Shown here: in pieces, positions 1 through 10,904 of the stretch
Layout: each line of letters starts with the position of its first letter
How positions within the stretch are numbered: position 1 is the stretch's first letter
Origin: Bdellovibrionales bacterium
GTDB taxonomy: Bacteria; Bdellovibrionota; Bdellovibrionia; Bdellovibrionales; CAYMLA01
Length of the DNA: 64,000 nucleotides
Direction: 5' to 3'
NCBI GenBank assembly: GCA_965217115.1
Contig: OZ244239.1
Coordinates: 2,080,001 to 2,144,000 of the forward strand
Notes under the pieces: model-generated
The model's database searches: none
What the model was told of the DNA's origin: nothing
Seen by the model: the letters and a program-made list of their open reading frames with translations, nothing else
Position numbers and translations under genes: made by a program

Positions 1-504
1 TCCTCCTGTAGCCACCGAAGCTCCTTCAATAGGATCTCCAGCCTCATTTACTACCCTAACTCTGAATTTTTGTGACACCATAGTGTAAGAAGATTTGTCA
101 CTTACCGAATTTGTATCAAAATCAAAATAAAATGTATTATTTGGTAGAACCCTTTCACCCCCTTTAATTATTTCTAGAAGTTGTTTTTCATGACTCTCGA
201 TAACCTCTATTCCCGTGTTTTTTAAGCAGTGCTCTTCTGAGAAAGATGCAGAGTTGGCATTTCCAGCAAGAATTTTCCACACTGTGGCATAGACTAAATT
301 TGTAATTGTCTTTCCCTCATACTGTCCCAATGTATTATTACATTCAGGACATGTTATGTTCTTAAATGTTTTTCTTATATTATCATCCTTAATGTCATCA
401 CTTCTGAGAAGGTTGATTCTTGACAGCATGGCTTTTACAATCAAATGCTCTCTGCTTGATGCGGTATTTTTATGACAATATCTACATATTTTTACATTTC
501 GCAT
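1..504 (-). CDS. HNH endonuclease-like protein, partial (runs off the left edge; not in the ORF track)
   Basis: Manual translation from ATG at 504 (RBS GGGAGA upstream): MRNVKICRYCHKNTASSREHLIVK...NITCPECNNTLGQYE. This is the CxxC...EH...CxxCN zinc/HNH pattern, and the frame stays open to position 1. Confidence 0.65.
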   Translation of the reverse strand, partial: MRNVKICRYCHKNTASSREHLIVKAMLSRINLLRSDDIKDDNIRKTFKNITCPECNNTLGQYEGKTITNLVYATVWKILAGNANSASFSEEHCLKNTGIEVIESHEKQLLEIIKGGERVLPNNTFYFDFDTNSVSDKSSYTMVSQKFRVRVVNEAGDPIEGASVATGG

Positions 505-606
505 CTACTTTATCTCCCTAAAACATATGAATAAACCAGTTTGTTATTTTTGCCCTACAAATAGCATTAGGGTTAAATCGGTCATTGGTTCGGATATGCT
601 TATGAG

Positions 607-683
607 TGGTCGGCGCGACTGGATTCGAACCAGCGACCTCTACAACCCCAATGTAGTGCGCTACCAAACTGCGCCACGCGCCG
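607..683 (-). tRNA. tRNA-Pro(GGG)
   Basis: Reverse complement CGGCGCGTGGCGCAG...CTACA-TT-GGG-GT-TGTAG...GGTTCGAATCC...CGCGCCGACCA: cloverleaf with T-loop and encoded CCA. Confidence 0.97.
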
Positions 684-737
684 ATTTAAAAGTTGGAGAA
701 AATTATCATACTTGTGTGAATGAGTAAAGCTCTTGGG

Positions 738-1727
738 TTAGATAAGGCCCATCCCTTGGACAGCGGTTTTTTCGTTACGAAGCTCATCGAGAGTGACTTG
801 GAACTTGCCCTGTCCGAATTTGTTGTGGGAGAGACCCTCGATCACTTTGAGATTTCCACTTTCAACTCGACAGGGAAAAGAAAATATTAAACCGTTATCG
901 ACACCGTATTCCCCAGAAGAACACTTACAAAGGGAGAAACTGTCATTATCAGGTGTGTCGTGGGTGAGGTTGTATACATTATCGACAATGGCGTTGGCGG
1001 CTGATGCTGCTGAAGATAGTCCGCGGGCTTTGATGATGGCGGCCCCTCTCTTTTGAACGGTTGAGATAAAATCTTCTTTGAGCCAGAGTTCATCATTGAT
1101 GACCGTGGCTGCTGATTGGCCATTGATTTTGGCATTGTAAAAATCAGGGTATTGAGTGGCTGAGTGATTCCCCCAAATAGTGACGTTGGTGACCTCTGTG
1201 ATGTCCACTCCAGCTTTTTGGGCAAGCTGTGTTTTGGCGCGGTTTTCATCTAACATCGTCATGGCAAAAAAACGGTCATTAGGAACATCAGGGGCACTGT
1301 GCATAGCAATGAGAGAATTGGTGTTACAGGGATTCCCGACAACGAGGGTGCGAACATCATTGGCGGCATGGTTATTAATGGCCTTGCCTTGAGGTCCAAA
1401 AATCCCACCGTTTACTTTTAGCAGGTCAGCTCGCTCCATGCCGGCCTTACGGGGAATAGCTCCAATCAATAGAGCCCAGTTGGTGTCTTTCATGGCGACA
1501 TTGAGATCACTGGTGCACACGATTTTTTTTAGGAGAGGGAATGCACAGTCGTCGAGTTCCATGGCAACCCCGTTTAGGGCGGGAAGTGCCTGTTCCAATT
1601 CTAAGAGTTGAAGCTCAACTTCAGTGTCATTGCCAAACATTTGGCCCGAGGCAATTCTGAAAAGAAGGGCGTAACCAATTTGTCCAGCTGCCCCGGTGAT
1701 CGTTACCTGAACTCTCTTTTTTGCCAT
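738..1727 (-). CDS. mdh: malate dehydrogenase
   Basis: [13 protein letters not shown]-binding motif; [26 protein letters not shown]. Confidence 0.97.
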   Translation of the reverse strand: MAKKRVQVTITGAAGQIGYALLFRIASGQMFGNDTEVELQLLELEQALPALNGVAMELDDCAFPLLKKIVCTSDLNVAMKDTNWALLIGAIPRKAGMERADLLKVNGGIFGPQGKAINNHAANDVRTLVVGNPCNTNSLIAMHSAPDVPNDRFFAMTMLDENRAKTQLAQKAGVDITEVTNVTIWGNHSATQYPDFYNAKINGQSAATVINDELWLKEDFISTVQKRGAAIIKARGLSSAASAANAIVDNVYNLTHDTPDNDSFSLCKCSSGEYGVDNGLIFSFPCRVESGNLKVIEGLSHNKFGQGKFQVTLDELRNEKTAVQGMGLI

Positions 1728-1863
1728 TTAAACTCTCTCCATGTTATTTGTTTCGACTGACAGTCATCTTTATTTCAATGACACTCTGGTTATGCACATA
1801 AGAATGACGAAATATAACGATGTTTTACTCACTAGTCTAATGATTTTATAGATTCCTCTGTTT

Positions 1864-2541
1864 TTATTTAAAGCTTCTAGGGAGGGGGCTTTTGATTTCA
1901 ATGGAGCACTCATTGAGTGGCAATTTGATTTTGTGTGCATGTAGAAAAAGCCGTTCGTATTGTTCGTGATGTTCTGAGTACAATGGGTCGCCTAGTATCG
2001 ACATATCGTGTTCACTGAGATGCACGCGGATTTGATGGGTGCGTCCAGTGATGGGAGTGGCTTTAATAAGTAGCGACTCATCCCTGTTAACATCGAGTAT
2101 TTCGAAATGGGTAAGGGCTTTTTGTCCACCAGAGTGAACAGACCCGTGTTGATATTTTATTTTAGATTTATTTAGTTTATTCAATGGAGCAAGGTGATTT
2201 TCAATCTTCCAGGTGTCACCGATGGAGAGTTTTTCTTGAAAAACCGTTTTTGCGATGTAGGTCTTCTGAACGGTCTTGTTTTGAAAGGCATGGGAGAGGA
2301 TGTGGTTTCCCCGTTTAGTTTTAGAGAAGAGTATGACGCCAGAGGTTTGTTTATCTAGACGATGATGGAGGGCTAAGTATTGATGCTGATCTCTGGTTAT
2401 AAGAAACCGTTTAGCGGCATAATAGAGATTGGTCTGAGCGTCGGCAAGAGTTTCTTGGGTGAGAACTCCCGGAGGTTTATCTAAGGCTAAGAGGTCATCA
2501 TCTTCAAAGAGGATTTTTATGGGAATATCCTGCCAATTCAT
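1864..2541 (-). CDS. RluA-family RNA pseudouridine synthase
   Basis: DKPPG, HRLDKQTSG, TGRTHQIRVH, GDPLY and LHAH motifs. Confidence 0.93.
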   Translation of the reverse strand: MNWQDIPIKILFEDDDLLALDKPPGVLTQETLADAQTNLYYAAKRFLITRDQHQYLALHHRLDKQTSGVILFSKTKRGNHILSHAFQNKTVQKTYIAKTVFQEKLSIGDTWKIENHLAPLNKLNKSKIKYQHGSVHSGGQKALTHFEILDVNRDESLLIKATPITGRTHQIRVHLSEHDMSILGDPLYSEHHEQYERLFLHAHKIKLPLNECSIEIKSPLPRSFK

Positions 2542-2685
2542 AGGGGAGTGATACCACGCTTCAAAAGAGTTGTCGATTCAGGCGCAGAGCGGCCTCAAAG
2601 TTTTAAAATTCAACTAGACAATACTTTGGGAGCAGATTAGCCTAGATTTTTTAGATTTTTTAGATTTTTATATATTGATATGTGT

Positions 2686-2774
2686 GCCCTGGTGGCGAAA
2701 TTGGTAGACGCACAGGACTTAAAATCCTGGGGCCGGTAACGGCCGTGCCAGTTCAAGTCTGGCCCGGGGCACCA
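2686..2774 (+). tRNA. tRNA-Leu(TAA)
   Basis: GCCCTGGTGGCGAAATTGGTAGACG...CAGGA-CT-TAA-AA-TCCTG, long variable arm, GTTCAAGTC, ends ACCA. Confidence 0.96.
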
Positions 2775-2933
2775 TTGTTTTAGCTCTAATGAGAGAGAAC
2801 AATGTAAGAATGACATGGAAGAATGACGTTATTTGTTATTTTTATCTGACAAATGACAATTTGTGCCAAACCAGATTCGGTAAAATTCCTTTTATTTCAG
2901 TATGTTGAAGAATTCCCCCCCGGCTGTAATGTC

Positions 2934-2949
2934 TGGCACTAACGTTGCT
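2934..2949 (+). promoter_or_regulatory. sigma54 (RpoN) -24/-12 promoter
   Basis: TGGCAC-TAACG-TTGCT is an exact match to TGGCAC-N5-TTGCW, about 40 bp upstream of the CDS at 2991. Confidence 0.75.
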
Positions 2950-2990
2950 TTGTTATTGGTCGGAGTATTATCTTTAAGAGGAGTTATAAA

Positions 2991-4145
2991 ATGAGAGGCT
3001 TATTTTCATTAGTGATACTGTTAGCTTCATTTACGGTGTGGTCGCAAGGTACAGAACAAGAGATAGACCGTGAATTAGACAAAATATATGAAGAAGCTAG
3101 CCTCAAAGGTATTGAGGAGCCGAAGAAGCAGGTGATAACAGCAGAGGTTTCAGGGGAGAGTTTAAAGCCTTCAGAAAAACTTGTTTCCAGCGAGCCACTC
3201 TCTATCTCTAAAAGTGAACCCGTCGTCTCTAAGCAGAATAACATCGAAATCAAAAACGTTCAGACACAGGTTCAACAACAACCTTCGATTCGTATTCAAG
3301 CAAGACCTGTTGGGGAATCCCGCGCTGCTAGCTTGAGAAAAGCTCGTCAGGAAGCAGAGGCGCAGACTGAATTGAAGATAGTGGAGCGCCTTGAAAAATC
3401 TCGTATTGAAGATGAAAGTCGTCGCTCTAAAGCTCTTTTTGGCGGTGGTTTTGATTCCCTTCAAAGAGAAGAGAGCACAGAGCAAGTTAATAATGAGCCA
3501 AGCCTCAATATTAAAGAGGAAATTCGTGCTGCGATTTCAGACTTGAAGAGCAATGAAAAATCAATCCTCGATAGAACATTCTTCGGAGGATCTATTGGTT
3601 TTGGAGACTATCCCGATGCTATAAACATAGAGAGTAACTTTTCAGCTGGTTTTTCCATGGGAACAGTTTTTGAGGATAGAATGATCGCAGAATTGAGTTT
3701 TCTCTATGGAAATTACGAGATAGAAGAAGTCTTTAGTGGATCAAATAACGGTTTTCCTCTGATTAAGTCGATGGATCAATACTCAGTGGATGGTCTGTTT
3801 AGATATCAGTTATTGACCGGACGATTGAGACCTTCTGTAGGTGCTGTTACATCTTATGCCTATCGTTCTTACTCAGACTCTCAGTACTATTTGGCTGTTA
3901 GCGAAGGGGCCAGCTCCCACGCTATGGATATGGGAGTGGCAGGAAGTGTTGATTTAACCGTGAATTCACATTTTACAGTCAGTGGTGAGTATCGTTACCT
4001 GTGGAATATATGGAGTAAAACAAACAGAAACAATGATCCTTATCAGAATTCATCGTTTTCAAATAACTCCCATTCCTATGGAGGGCGGCCACTGGAAGAA
4101 TTTAGCCGTTATGTTTTTCTGTTGAGCGGTAAATTCAGCTTCTAA
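2991..4145 (+). CDS. outer membrane beta-barrel protein with N-terminal coiled-coil/low-complexity region
   Basis: Signal peptide, amphipathic beta-strand C-terminal half, terminal Phe (GKFSF). Confidence 0.75.
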   Translation: MRGLFSLVILLASFTVWSQGTEQEIDRELDKIYEEASLKGIEEPKKQVITAEVSGESLKPSEKLVSSEPLSISKSEPVVSKQNNIEIKNVQTQVQQQPSIRIQARPVGESRAASLRKARQEAEAQTELKIVERLEKSRIEDESRRSKALFGGGFDSLQREESTEQVNNEPSLNIKEEIRAAISDLKSNEKSILDRTFFGGSIGFGDYPDAINIESNFSAGFSMGTVFEDRMIAELSFLYGNYEIEEVFSGSNNGFPLIKSMDQYSVDGLFRYQLLTGRLRPSVGAVTSYAYRSYSDSQYYLAVSEGASSHAMDMGVAGSVDLTVNSHFTVSGEYRYLWNIWSKTNRNNDPYQNSSFSNNSHSYGGRPLEEFSRYVFLLSGKFSF

Positions 4146-4187
4146 GTAGGGCCTTTTTGTCCTGACACCCGATTAAAAACAAATAAT

Positions 4188-4220
4188 AAAGCCTCGGAAA
4201 ATTTCGGGGCTTTTCTTTTT
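4188..4220 (+). terminator. intrinsic terminator
   Basis: AAAGCCTCGGAA-AA-TTTCGGGGCTTTT hairpin followed by a T-tract, after the OMP gene. Confidence 0.7.
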
Positions 4221-4297
4221 GTCCGTATAGTGGAATGATAGTGAATCATTGAGTTAAGAGAACGGTTTGATAACAGCTATCTTAATGGGGAGAGGGT

Positions 4298-4948
4298 TTG
4301 ATTAAGTGGGTTCTGTGGATTTTAGGGCTATTCTTGTGGAGCAATGTTTTGGGAGCGAAGCTTGTAAACTCCATTGTCGGCAAAGTCAGTGATGAGCCTG
4401 TGACCTCTAGAGAGGTTTTGATAAATAAAGTCCTAGAGCAGACTCTCTACTCAAATGGGAATAAAAAATCAAATCGTAGGGGTTGGGAATTAACCATGAA
4501 TAGCCCTCGCTTTATTAGACAAGTGAGGATGACGTTACTTGAGAGAGTGCTGAGTATTGAGAGTCAAAAATTCTCTTTAGGCAAGGTCAGCCCTGGGGAA
4601 ATTAAAAAAAAATATGATAAGGTGAAGTCTCTAACTGCCCATTGGAAATATTGGTTGAGTTTAGAGGTCGATAAGGAGGAACTCACTGAGCTCATTGTGC
4701 GTAAAGTGAGTTCTAAGAAGTTTATTGGTTTCAGAGTTAAATCAACAGTTGTTCCCATTACTGAGATTGAAACGCGGACGTATTTTGAAAGAAATCAGGG
4801 CAAATTTGGTAGTTTGCCTTTTGAAGCTTTAAAGAAAAACATTAATATTTTTCTAAGTCGTAGAAACTCTAAACGTCGTTTGAAGGATTGGTTCTCTGTA
4901 CTCAAGAAAAAATACAATGTTCGCAATTTTGAGGCGAAAACACTTTAA
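4298..4948 (+). CDS. exported protein, SurA N-terminal-like chaperone domain
   Basis: Signal peptide; LVNSIVGKVSDEPVTSREV and WFSVLKKKYNV resemble SurA/PrsA ends. Confidence 0.5.
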   Translation: MIKWVLWILGLFLWSNVLGAKLVNSIVGKVSDEPVTSREVLINKVLEQTLYSNGNKKSNRRGWELTMNSPRFIRQVRMTLLERVLSIESQKFSLGKVSPGEIKKKYDKVKSLTAHWKYWLSLEVDKEELTELIVRKVSSKKFIGFRVKSTVVPITEIETRTYFERNQGKFGSLPFEALKKNINIFLSRRNSKRRLKDWFSVLKKKYNVRNFEAKTL

Positions 4949-5423
4949 TGTAATGATAGAGAGTTCGATTGTTTACAATTTAATAGGGCGGTGGGCTTCA
5001 TGGAGAGATGTCTCTGCGGTGTCTCATCTTTTACAGAGAGTGAGTCAAGCTCACCCCGAGGTTTTAGGTCTGAATCACTCGGATGAAGAGTTAAAAAAAT
5101 CTGTGGAAAATCAAGAGCTTTTTATTGGAGATAGGGGTCGCGGCGTGTGCGCAGCCATTGTCTTCCAAAGGTCACCTGATGTCTGGGAGGTCAAAGCCCT
5201 GGCAACTCAGGTTGAATCCATGGGAAAAAATGTGATGAGTTCCCTTCTACGACAGTGGTTGAACCTTGTCCCCAAAGGAATGGAAGTCTGGCTAGAGACA
5301 CAGGATTCTAACCAAAAAGCCTTGAAATTGTACCTATCTCAAGGGTTTGAACCTGTTGGTGAACGCCCTTCATATTACTCAGATGGAAGTAATGCTGTTT
5401 TGTTGACATGGAGGAGTATATAG
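4917..5423 (+). CDS. GNAT N-acetyltransferase, RimI-like (true start may be downstream)
   Basis: VWLETQDSNQKALKLYLSQGF...RPSYYSDGSNAVLL C-terminal RimI pattern. Confidence 0.75.
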   Translation: MFAILRRKHFNVMIESSIVYNLIGRWASWRDVSAVSHLLQRVSQAHPEVLGLNHSDEELKKSVENQELFIGDRGRGVCAAIVFQRSPDVWEVKALATQVESMGKNVMSSLLRQWLNLVPKGMEVWLETQDSNQKALKLYLSQGFEPVGERPSYYSDGSNAVLLTWRSI

Positions 5424-5464
5424 GCTTGCTTTGGGCAGAGATGTTTGTTAGGTTCATGGCGACG

Positions 5465-5489
5465 AATGGGCCCTTGTGCCCATTTTTTT
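5465..5489 (+). promoter_or_regulatory. rimP leader hairpin (terminator-like attenuator)
   Basis: AATGGGC-CCTTGT-GCCCATT plus T-tract just upstream of rimP; matches the widespread GGGC..GCCC rimP leader. Confidence 0.7.
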
Positions 5490-5522
5490 GTGTGTTTAAC
5501 ATTATTTTAACTGGAATGACCT

Positions 5523-6044
5523 ATGCCTGAAAACCTTCTGACCCATGTAAAAGGGTTAGCTGAACAAGTGACCCAGAGAGAAGGGTGTGAACTTTACGAT
5601 GTGGAGTTTTCAGGGACAGGCCGTCATCGAGTTCTTAGGGTTTATGTGGATAAGCCTGGCGGAGTGGGAATTGAGGATTGCACAAACGTTTCCCGCGGTC
5701 TGAATTTACTTCTCGATGTAGAGGATGTTGTTCCTGGCGGGGAGTATAGCTTGGAGGTTTCAAGTCCTGGTTTGGAGAGACCTCTGCGTTATTCACGGCA
5801 CTTTTCCTCTGTGATTGGTGAGAAGATTTGGGTGAAGACGGAAGCTGTTTTGGAAAAATATGGTGTGGAAGACCGTAGTTTATGTAAAGGAAAGCAAGTG
5901 AAGGGGATTTTAGAATCAGTTTTAGAAAAAGAGATCTGTTTACGAATTGAGTCGGGTTTATTGCAAATTCCACTTGAGGCAATCAATCAATCAAAGCTGG
6001 TCTTTGATTTTAATAAGAAGCAAGAGAGAGTCATTGTAAAATAA
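5523..6044 (+). CDS. rimP: ribosome maturation factor RimP
   Basis: LRVYVDKPGGV.IEDC, YSLEVSSPGLERPL; located upstream of nusA. Confidence 0.96.
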   Translation: MPENLLTHVKGLAEQVTQREGCELYDVEFSGTGRHRVLRVYVDKPGGVGIEDCTNVSRGLNLLLDVEDVVPGGEYSLEVSSPGLERPLRYSRHFSSVIGEKIWVKTEAVLEKYGVEDRSLCKGKQVKGILESVLEKEICLRIESGLLQIPLEAINQSKLVFDFNKKQERVIVK

Positions 6045-6069
6045 CAGTCATGAACGAGAGGTAATTGTT

Positions 6070-7554
6070 GTGGCAGATAAAATGTTTTCAGATATAGATC
6101 GAGTTATGGAACAAATAGGTAAGGATAAAGGTATCGACAAGCAAGTCGTTGTCGAGGCAGTGACTCAGGGTATGCTTGTCGCTGCTCGCAAGAAGTACGG
6201 AACTTACAGGGATATTGAAGCTCAGTTTAATGAAGAGACAGGTGAGATTGAGCTCTATGAATTCAAAGAAGTTGTCACTCCTGATAAGTTTGAAGATGAG
6301 TTGATTGAGATTATTTTAGATGAGGCCCTTGCATTGGACCCAGAGGCGCAATTGACAGATACGATTGGAATTCGCTTGGATATTGGTGAATTGGGAAGAA
6401 TTGCAGTTCAGACGGCCCGTCAGATTATTTTGCAAAAAGTACGGGATGCTGAGCGGGAAATTATTTACTCAGAGTTTGAACAAAAACGTGGTGATATTGC
6501 TTCAGGGATTGCCCGACGAGTGGAGAGAGGTTCCTTAGTTGTGGATTTAGGACGCACAGAAGCGTACATTCCTCCAAGAGAGCAGATACCTGGCGAGACT
6601 TATCGTCCTGGCGATCGACTTCAAGGTTTTATTGCAGATGTTCGTCAAACCACCCGTGGACCCCAGATTATTATGTCCCGTGCTGATAATCGTTATCTCA
6701 TGAAATTATTTGAAGCTGAAGTTCCAGAAATACAAGACGGTATTGTGGAGATGATGGCGGCAGCCCGTGAGCCTGGGCATAGAGCAAAAATAGCTGTTGC
6801 GACCAAAGAAGCCTCGGTTGACCCTGTGGGCGCCTGTGTGGGAATGCGGGGAAGTCGTGTGCAAAATGTCGTGCAGGAACTTCAGGGAGAAAAAATTGAT
6901 ATAGTTCCTTGGGATGAAGATATAACTCAGTTTGCTTGCAACGCCTTGGCCCCAGCCGAAGTGTCCCGTGTGTTTTTGGATGAAGAAAATAAGGAAATGG
7001 AAATTGTTGTTCCCGATAATCAATTGAGTTTGGCCATCGGAAAGAGAGGTCAGAACGTTCGCTTAGCAGCTAAGTTAACTGGCTGGAGACTGGATATCAT
7101 GTCAGAAACGAATGCAGCATCTCGCACGGCAGAGTCAATATTTAACTTAATGTTGATTCCAGGCATGGATGAGGTTGTGGCGCATAATTTGTTTCAATCA
7201 GGATTTGGATCTTTCCAAGTCATTTCTCAAACAGATGTGGAAGATGTCATGCTCGTGTCTGGTTATGAAGAGACTGAAAAAGCGCAGAAACTCATTGAGG
7301 ATTGTAAGGCATTGATTGAAGATTACAAAGCTAAGGGAGAAGAGATTCCTAAGGCTCCAGTTGCAGTAGAGAGATCTGAGAAGATGACTGGGGGCATGGA
7401 TGCTAAGGCCTTGGCTGAACATCGTTTGAAAGAAGAAATGGCTCAGTTAATGGGACAACAAGAAAAAGAGAAAGAAGAAAAAGAAGAGAAAGAAGAAGAA
7501 GAGAAGAGAGAAGAAAACACTGAATCTGCTGAGGGAGAAGAGGTAGAGGCATAG
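6070..7554 (+). CDS. nusA: transcription termination/antitermination factor NusA
   Basis: GRIAVQTARQ, S1 and KH domains (DPVGACVGMRGSRV, AIGKRGQNVRLA); acidic tail. Confidence 0.98.
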   Translation: MADKMFSDIDRVMEQIGKDKGIDKQVVVEAVTQGMLVAARKKYGTYRDIEAQFNEETGEIELYEFKEVVTPDKFEDELIEIILDEALALDPEAQLTDTIGIRLDIGELGRIAVQTARQIILQKVRDAEREIIYSEFEQKRGDIASGIARRVERGSLVVDLGRTEAYIPPREQIPGETYRPGDRLQGFIADVRQTTRGPQIIMSRADNRYLMKLFEAEVPEIQDGIVEMMAAAREPGHRAKIAVATKEASVDPVGACVGMRGSRVQNVVQELQGEKIDIVPWDEDITQFACNALAPAEVSRVFLDEENKEMEIVVPDNQLSLAIGKRGQNVRLAAKLTGWRLDIMSETNAASRTAESIFNLMLIPGMDEVVAHNLFQSGFGSFQVISQTDVEDVMLVSGYEETEKAQKLIEDCKALIEDYKAKGEEIPKAPVAVERSEKMTGGMDAKALAEHRLKEEMAQLMGQQEKEKEEKEEKEEEEKREENTESAEGEEVEA

Positions 7555-7598
7555 GTCAGTTTCAATTTATTTGAAGTGGTTATTTTTAGGGAGAGATA

Positions 7599-10481
7599 GT
7601 GAAAAGCCTTAAGGTTTTTGAATTTGCAAAAGAAATTGACATTGAGACTTTGGTTTTGATGGATAAGATTCGTGGGTGGAAGCTCCCGGTGAAAAGCCAT
7701 ATGGCTGATCTTAATGAAGAGCTTATTGAAGTCATCAAAGATAAGTTAATTCAAGAGAAGACAGGCAAAGCGCCTAAGAAGAAAGTGGTGAAGAAAAAAG
7801 CCGCAGCGGGAAAGAAGACAAAAAAAGCTGTAGCGGAAAAGACAGCGGAAAAAACAACGAAGAAAACAGCGAAGAAAACAGCGAAAAAAGCAGCTAAGAA
7901 GACGGCCAAAAAAACAGCTAAAAAAACGGCTAAGAAGACAGCCAAAAAAACAGCTAAAAAGGCTGTGGTTAAGAAGAAACCAACCCCTAAGTTGACTAAG
8001 GCGACGGGTAAAAAGATTGTTGCCAAAGCAGTGGAAGAGGTCAAAGAGGAAACAGGGCCTAAGAAAGCTCGTAGAACAGTTATTCGCCGTAGAAAAGCAG
8101 ATATCGTTGAGCAAGTTGATTTAGAAAGTGAAATTCAGGCACAGAACGTGGTGCCGGAAGTGATTTCTGATGAAGCTAAACCTGTAGAAAGTGTAGAAGA
8201 GGGTTTTACGCCAGAGAGTGCCGTCGTTGCGAACGATGAGAGTGCCGTAAAAGTTAAGGCGAGTGTAGAGGAAGAAAAAGAAATTAAGAAAAAAGCTCGC
8301 AAGGGCAAGGTTGAAGTCTCTATTGGGGCAAGTGGTCTGTCTAGCCCTAAACCACGGAATAATATTGTTGGTAAAATGGATTTAAATCGCACGGATTCCT
8401 CTAGAGGCCCCAGTCAAGCAGGTGGTGATAGTGCTGCTGGACGTACTCGCACAGAAACTCGTAATATTAGAACGGGTTTTGTGGCTCAGCAACCTGCAGG
8501 TTTTCCTCCAGTAAATGCAAGGGGTGATAAAGATAAATCTCCCTATAAAAAAACAGTAAAGAGAGGCAGTGCTGGGAGTAATACGGCCCCAACAGAGGCA
8601 CCGCCTCTATTTGCAGCAGCAGATTTCCGTAAGCGAGAGATGGTTTTCCAACCTAGGAAGAAGAAAACTTTTAGTACGGGTGTGGCTAAGAAAACTCAAA
8701 TAACCACTCCTAAAGCTAGCAAGAGATTAGTAAAGGTTTCTGGAGCGATGCTAGTATCTGATTTGGCTCAAGAGATGAACGTGAAGGTGGGAAAATTAAC
8801 AAGGGTTTTAATGACTAATGGCGTGACTGCTAAAATAACAGATGAATTAGACTTCGACACGATTTCTTTAATTGCTCCTGAATTTAATTTCGAAGCTGTG
8901 AGCGTGCAGAAAACAGAGGAGATAGTTATTGAGTCCGTAGCTTTTGGTGATGTGGATGCAAAGCTTACAAGCAGAGCACCTGTGGTGACAGTGATGGGTC
9001 ATGTTGATCATGGTAAGACAAGTTTGCTCGATGTTATTCGTAACACCGATGTCATCTCTGGAGAGTCGGGGGGCATCACTCAGCACATAGGTGCTTATAG
9101 TGTTACGTTAGAGGACGGTCGAGTGGTGACCTTTATTGATACCCCTGGGCATGCGGCTTTTACGGCCATGCGTGCGCGTGGTGCTGACGCCACTGATATT
9201 GTGATATTGGTCGTGGCGGCAGATGATGGTGTTATGCCGCAGACTGAAGAGGCTATTAATCATGCTAAGGCTGCGGGTGTTCCCATTGTTGTCGCTGTGA
9301 ATAAGATCGATAAAGAAGGGGCTAATCCTGAAAAAATTAAACAGCAATTGGCTGAGCATGAATTGGTGCCAGAGGATTGGGGTGGTGAGACGGCTTTTTG
9401 TGAAGTGTCAGCTTTGCAAAAAACAGGAGTTAAAGAATTATTAGAGAGTGTGCTTTTGATTTCTGAGATGTCAGAATTTAAAGCTAATCCAGAGCGCTCA
9501 GGCTCAGGGATAGTGATTGAGTCACAGATAGTGAAAGGTCGTGGGCCTGTTGCGACTATTTTAGTCAAAGATGGAACCGTCAAGATAGGTCAACACATCG
9601 TGGCTGGTTGTGAGTATGGAAAGGTTAGAAATTTAATAGATCATAAAGGCAAGATGGCCAAAGAGGCGGGGCCAAGTGTTCCCGTGGAAGTTTTAGGATT
9701 ATCGGGAGCGCCTTTAGCTGGTGATCGTTTTGATATTTGCAAAGATGAGAAAGCAGTTAAAGAGTTGATAGATCTTAGAATCACAGAGAGAGATAAGTTA
9801 GAGGAGACTCCCCATTCTGGAATGTCTCTGGATGATATATTCGCCAAGGTAAAGCAGGGTAATTTGAAAGAGCTTCCCATTGTTTTAAAAACAGATGTGG
9901 CGGGAACAGGAGAGGCGATCCGTGGAATGTTCGCCAAGATTGGTAACGAAGAAGTACAGCCTAAAATCATTCATTCAGGAGTGGGCAGTATTAATGAGTC
10001 AGATGTTCTTTTAGCAAGCACTGCTGAAGGTGTTGTTATTGGTTTTAATACAAAACCAGATAATGGCGCGATGGCTAAGTCAAAAGAGCGGGGCGTGAGC
10101 ATTCAAACCTATGGCGTGGTCTATGAATTAGTGGATGATATAAAAGCAGCTCTGAGTAAGTTATTAGATCCAGATATCGTGGAGGCTCCTTTAGGGACTG
10201 CGGAAGTTCGTGAAATTTTTAAGGTCCCTCGCATAGGTTTTATTGGTGGTTGCATGGTTTCTGATGGAACTATTAGTCGTGATTCTCTATTGAGATTGGT
10301 CCGAGATGGAAAAGCAATTCATGAGGGCAAAGTCTCTAGTTTGAAACGTTTTAAAGATGATGCCAAAGAAGTCAAAACAGGTTTTGAATGTGGTATCGGT
10401 ATCGAAGGCTACACTGATTTACAACCAGGTGATGTGATCGAGGCCTACGAAGAAAAAGAAGTGGCCCGTACACTAGATTAG
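7599..10481 (+). CDS. infB: translation initiation factor IF-2
   Basis: [34 protein letters not shown]-terminal [12 protein letters not shown]. Confidence 0.99.
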   Translation: MKSLKVFEFAKEIDIETLVLMDKIRGWKLPVKSHMADLNEELIEVIKDKLIQEKTGKAPKKKVVKKKAAAGKKTKKAVAEKTAEKTTKKTAKKTAKKAAKKTAKKTAKKTAKKTAKKTAKKAVVKKKPTPKLTKATGKKIVAKAVEEVKEETGPKKARRTVIRRRKADIVEQVDLESEIQAQNVVPEVISDEAKPVESVEEGFTPESAVVANDESAVKVKASVEEEKEIKKKARKGKVEVSIGASGLSSPKPRNNIVGKMDLNRTDSSRGPSQAGGDSAAGRTRTETRNIRTGFVAQQPAGFPPVNARGDKDKSPYKKTVKRGSAGSNTAPTEAPPLFAAADFRKREMVFQPRKKKTFSTGVAKKTQITTPKASKRLVKVSGAMLVSDLAQEMNVKVGKLTRVLMTNGVTAKITDELDFDTISLIAPEFNFEAVSVQKTEEIVIESVAFGDVDAKLTSRAPVVTVMGHVDHGKTSLLDVIRNTDVISGESGGITQHIGAYSVTLEDGRVVTFIDTPGHAAFTAMRARGADATDIVILVVAADDGVMPQTEEAINHAKAAGVPIVVAVNKIDKEGANPEKIKQQLAEHELVPEDWGGETAFCEVSALQKTGVKELLESVLLISEMSEFKANPERSGSGIVIESQIVKGRGPVATILVKDGTVKIGQHIVAGCEYGKVRNLIDHKGKMAKEAGPSVPVEVLGLSGAPLAGDRFDICKDEKAVKELIDLRITERDKLEETPHSGMSLDDIFAKVKQGNLKELPIVLKTDVAGTGEAIRGMFAKIGNEEVQPKIIHSGVGSINESDVLLASTAEGVVIGFNTKPDNGAMAKSKERGVSIQTYGVVYELVDDIKAALSKLLDPDIVEAPLGTAEVREIFKVPRIGFIGGCMVSDGTISRDSLLRLVRDGKAIHEGKVSSLKRFKDDAKEVKTGFECGIGIEGYTDLQPGDVIEAYEEKEVARTLD
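7780..7980 (+). repeat. 12-bp-period coding tandem repeat (AKKT)n in infB
   Basis: Encodes [42 protein letters not shown]; boundaries approximate. Confidence 0.85.
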
Positions 10482-10517
10482 TGCATTGGATTAGAATATA
10501 ATATTAAAGGTCCTAGT

Positions 10518-10904
10518 ATGGGTGAGAGCCGTCGCGTTTTAAAAGTCGAGAAAGAAGTTCGAGAGATTGTAGGGAGTTTCTTGTCTAGAGATTTTCTTGG
10601 TAGATTTCCGATTCTGGTCACTGTGTCCCGTGTCTGTTTGAACAAGGATTTGCGACAGGGAAGAGTGTTTGTCACTATGATGGGTGTCGATGGTGGAGAG
10701 AATGATTTAGAAGATGAAGTCATAGAAGCATTGAATAAAAAATCTCCCGAAATTCAATTTGAAATCAACCGTAAATTACGAATGAAATTTTGTCCAAAAC
10801 TAACATTCTCTGTGGATCAGTCTATAGAAAAGGTCTTACACATAGAGAGAGTCCTCCATGGCTTGCAGAAGAGCACAGAGCAAAATATAGAGAAGGATGA
10901 ATAA
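10518..10904 (+). CDS. rbfA: ribosome-binding factor A
   Basis: VTVSRV..NKDLRQGRVFV and LRMKFCPKLTF; located after infB. Confidence 0.93.
   Translation: MGESRRVLKVEKEVREIVGSFLSRDFLGRFPILVTVSRVCLNKDLRQGRVFVTMMGVDGGENDLEDEVIEALNKKSPEIQFEINRKLRMKFCPKLTFSVDQSIEKVLHIERVLHGLQKSTEQNIEKDE

Noticed and set aside
527..727. 66-aa ORF (and the 62852-63061 ORF)
   Set aside because: Both overlap tRNA genes and have no protein features.
7746..9970. Antisense ORFs in infB and similar shadow ORFs across the window
   Set aside because: They lie opposite or out of frame within well-supported genes and arise from codon bias and repeats.
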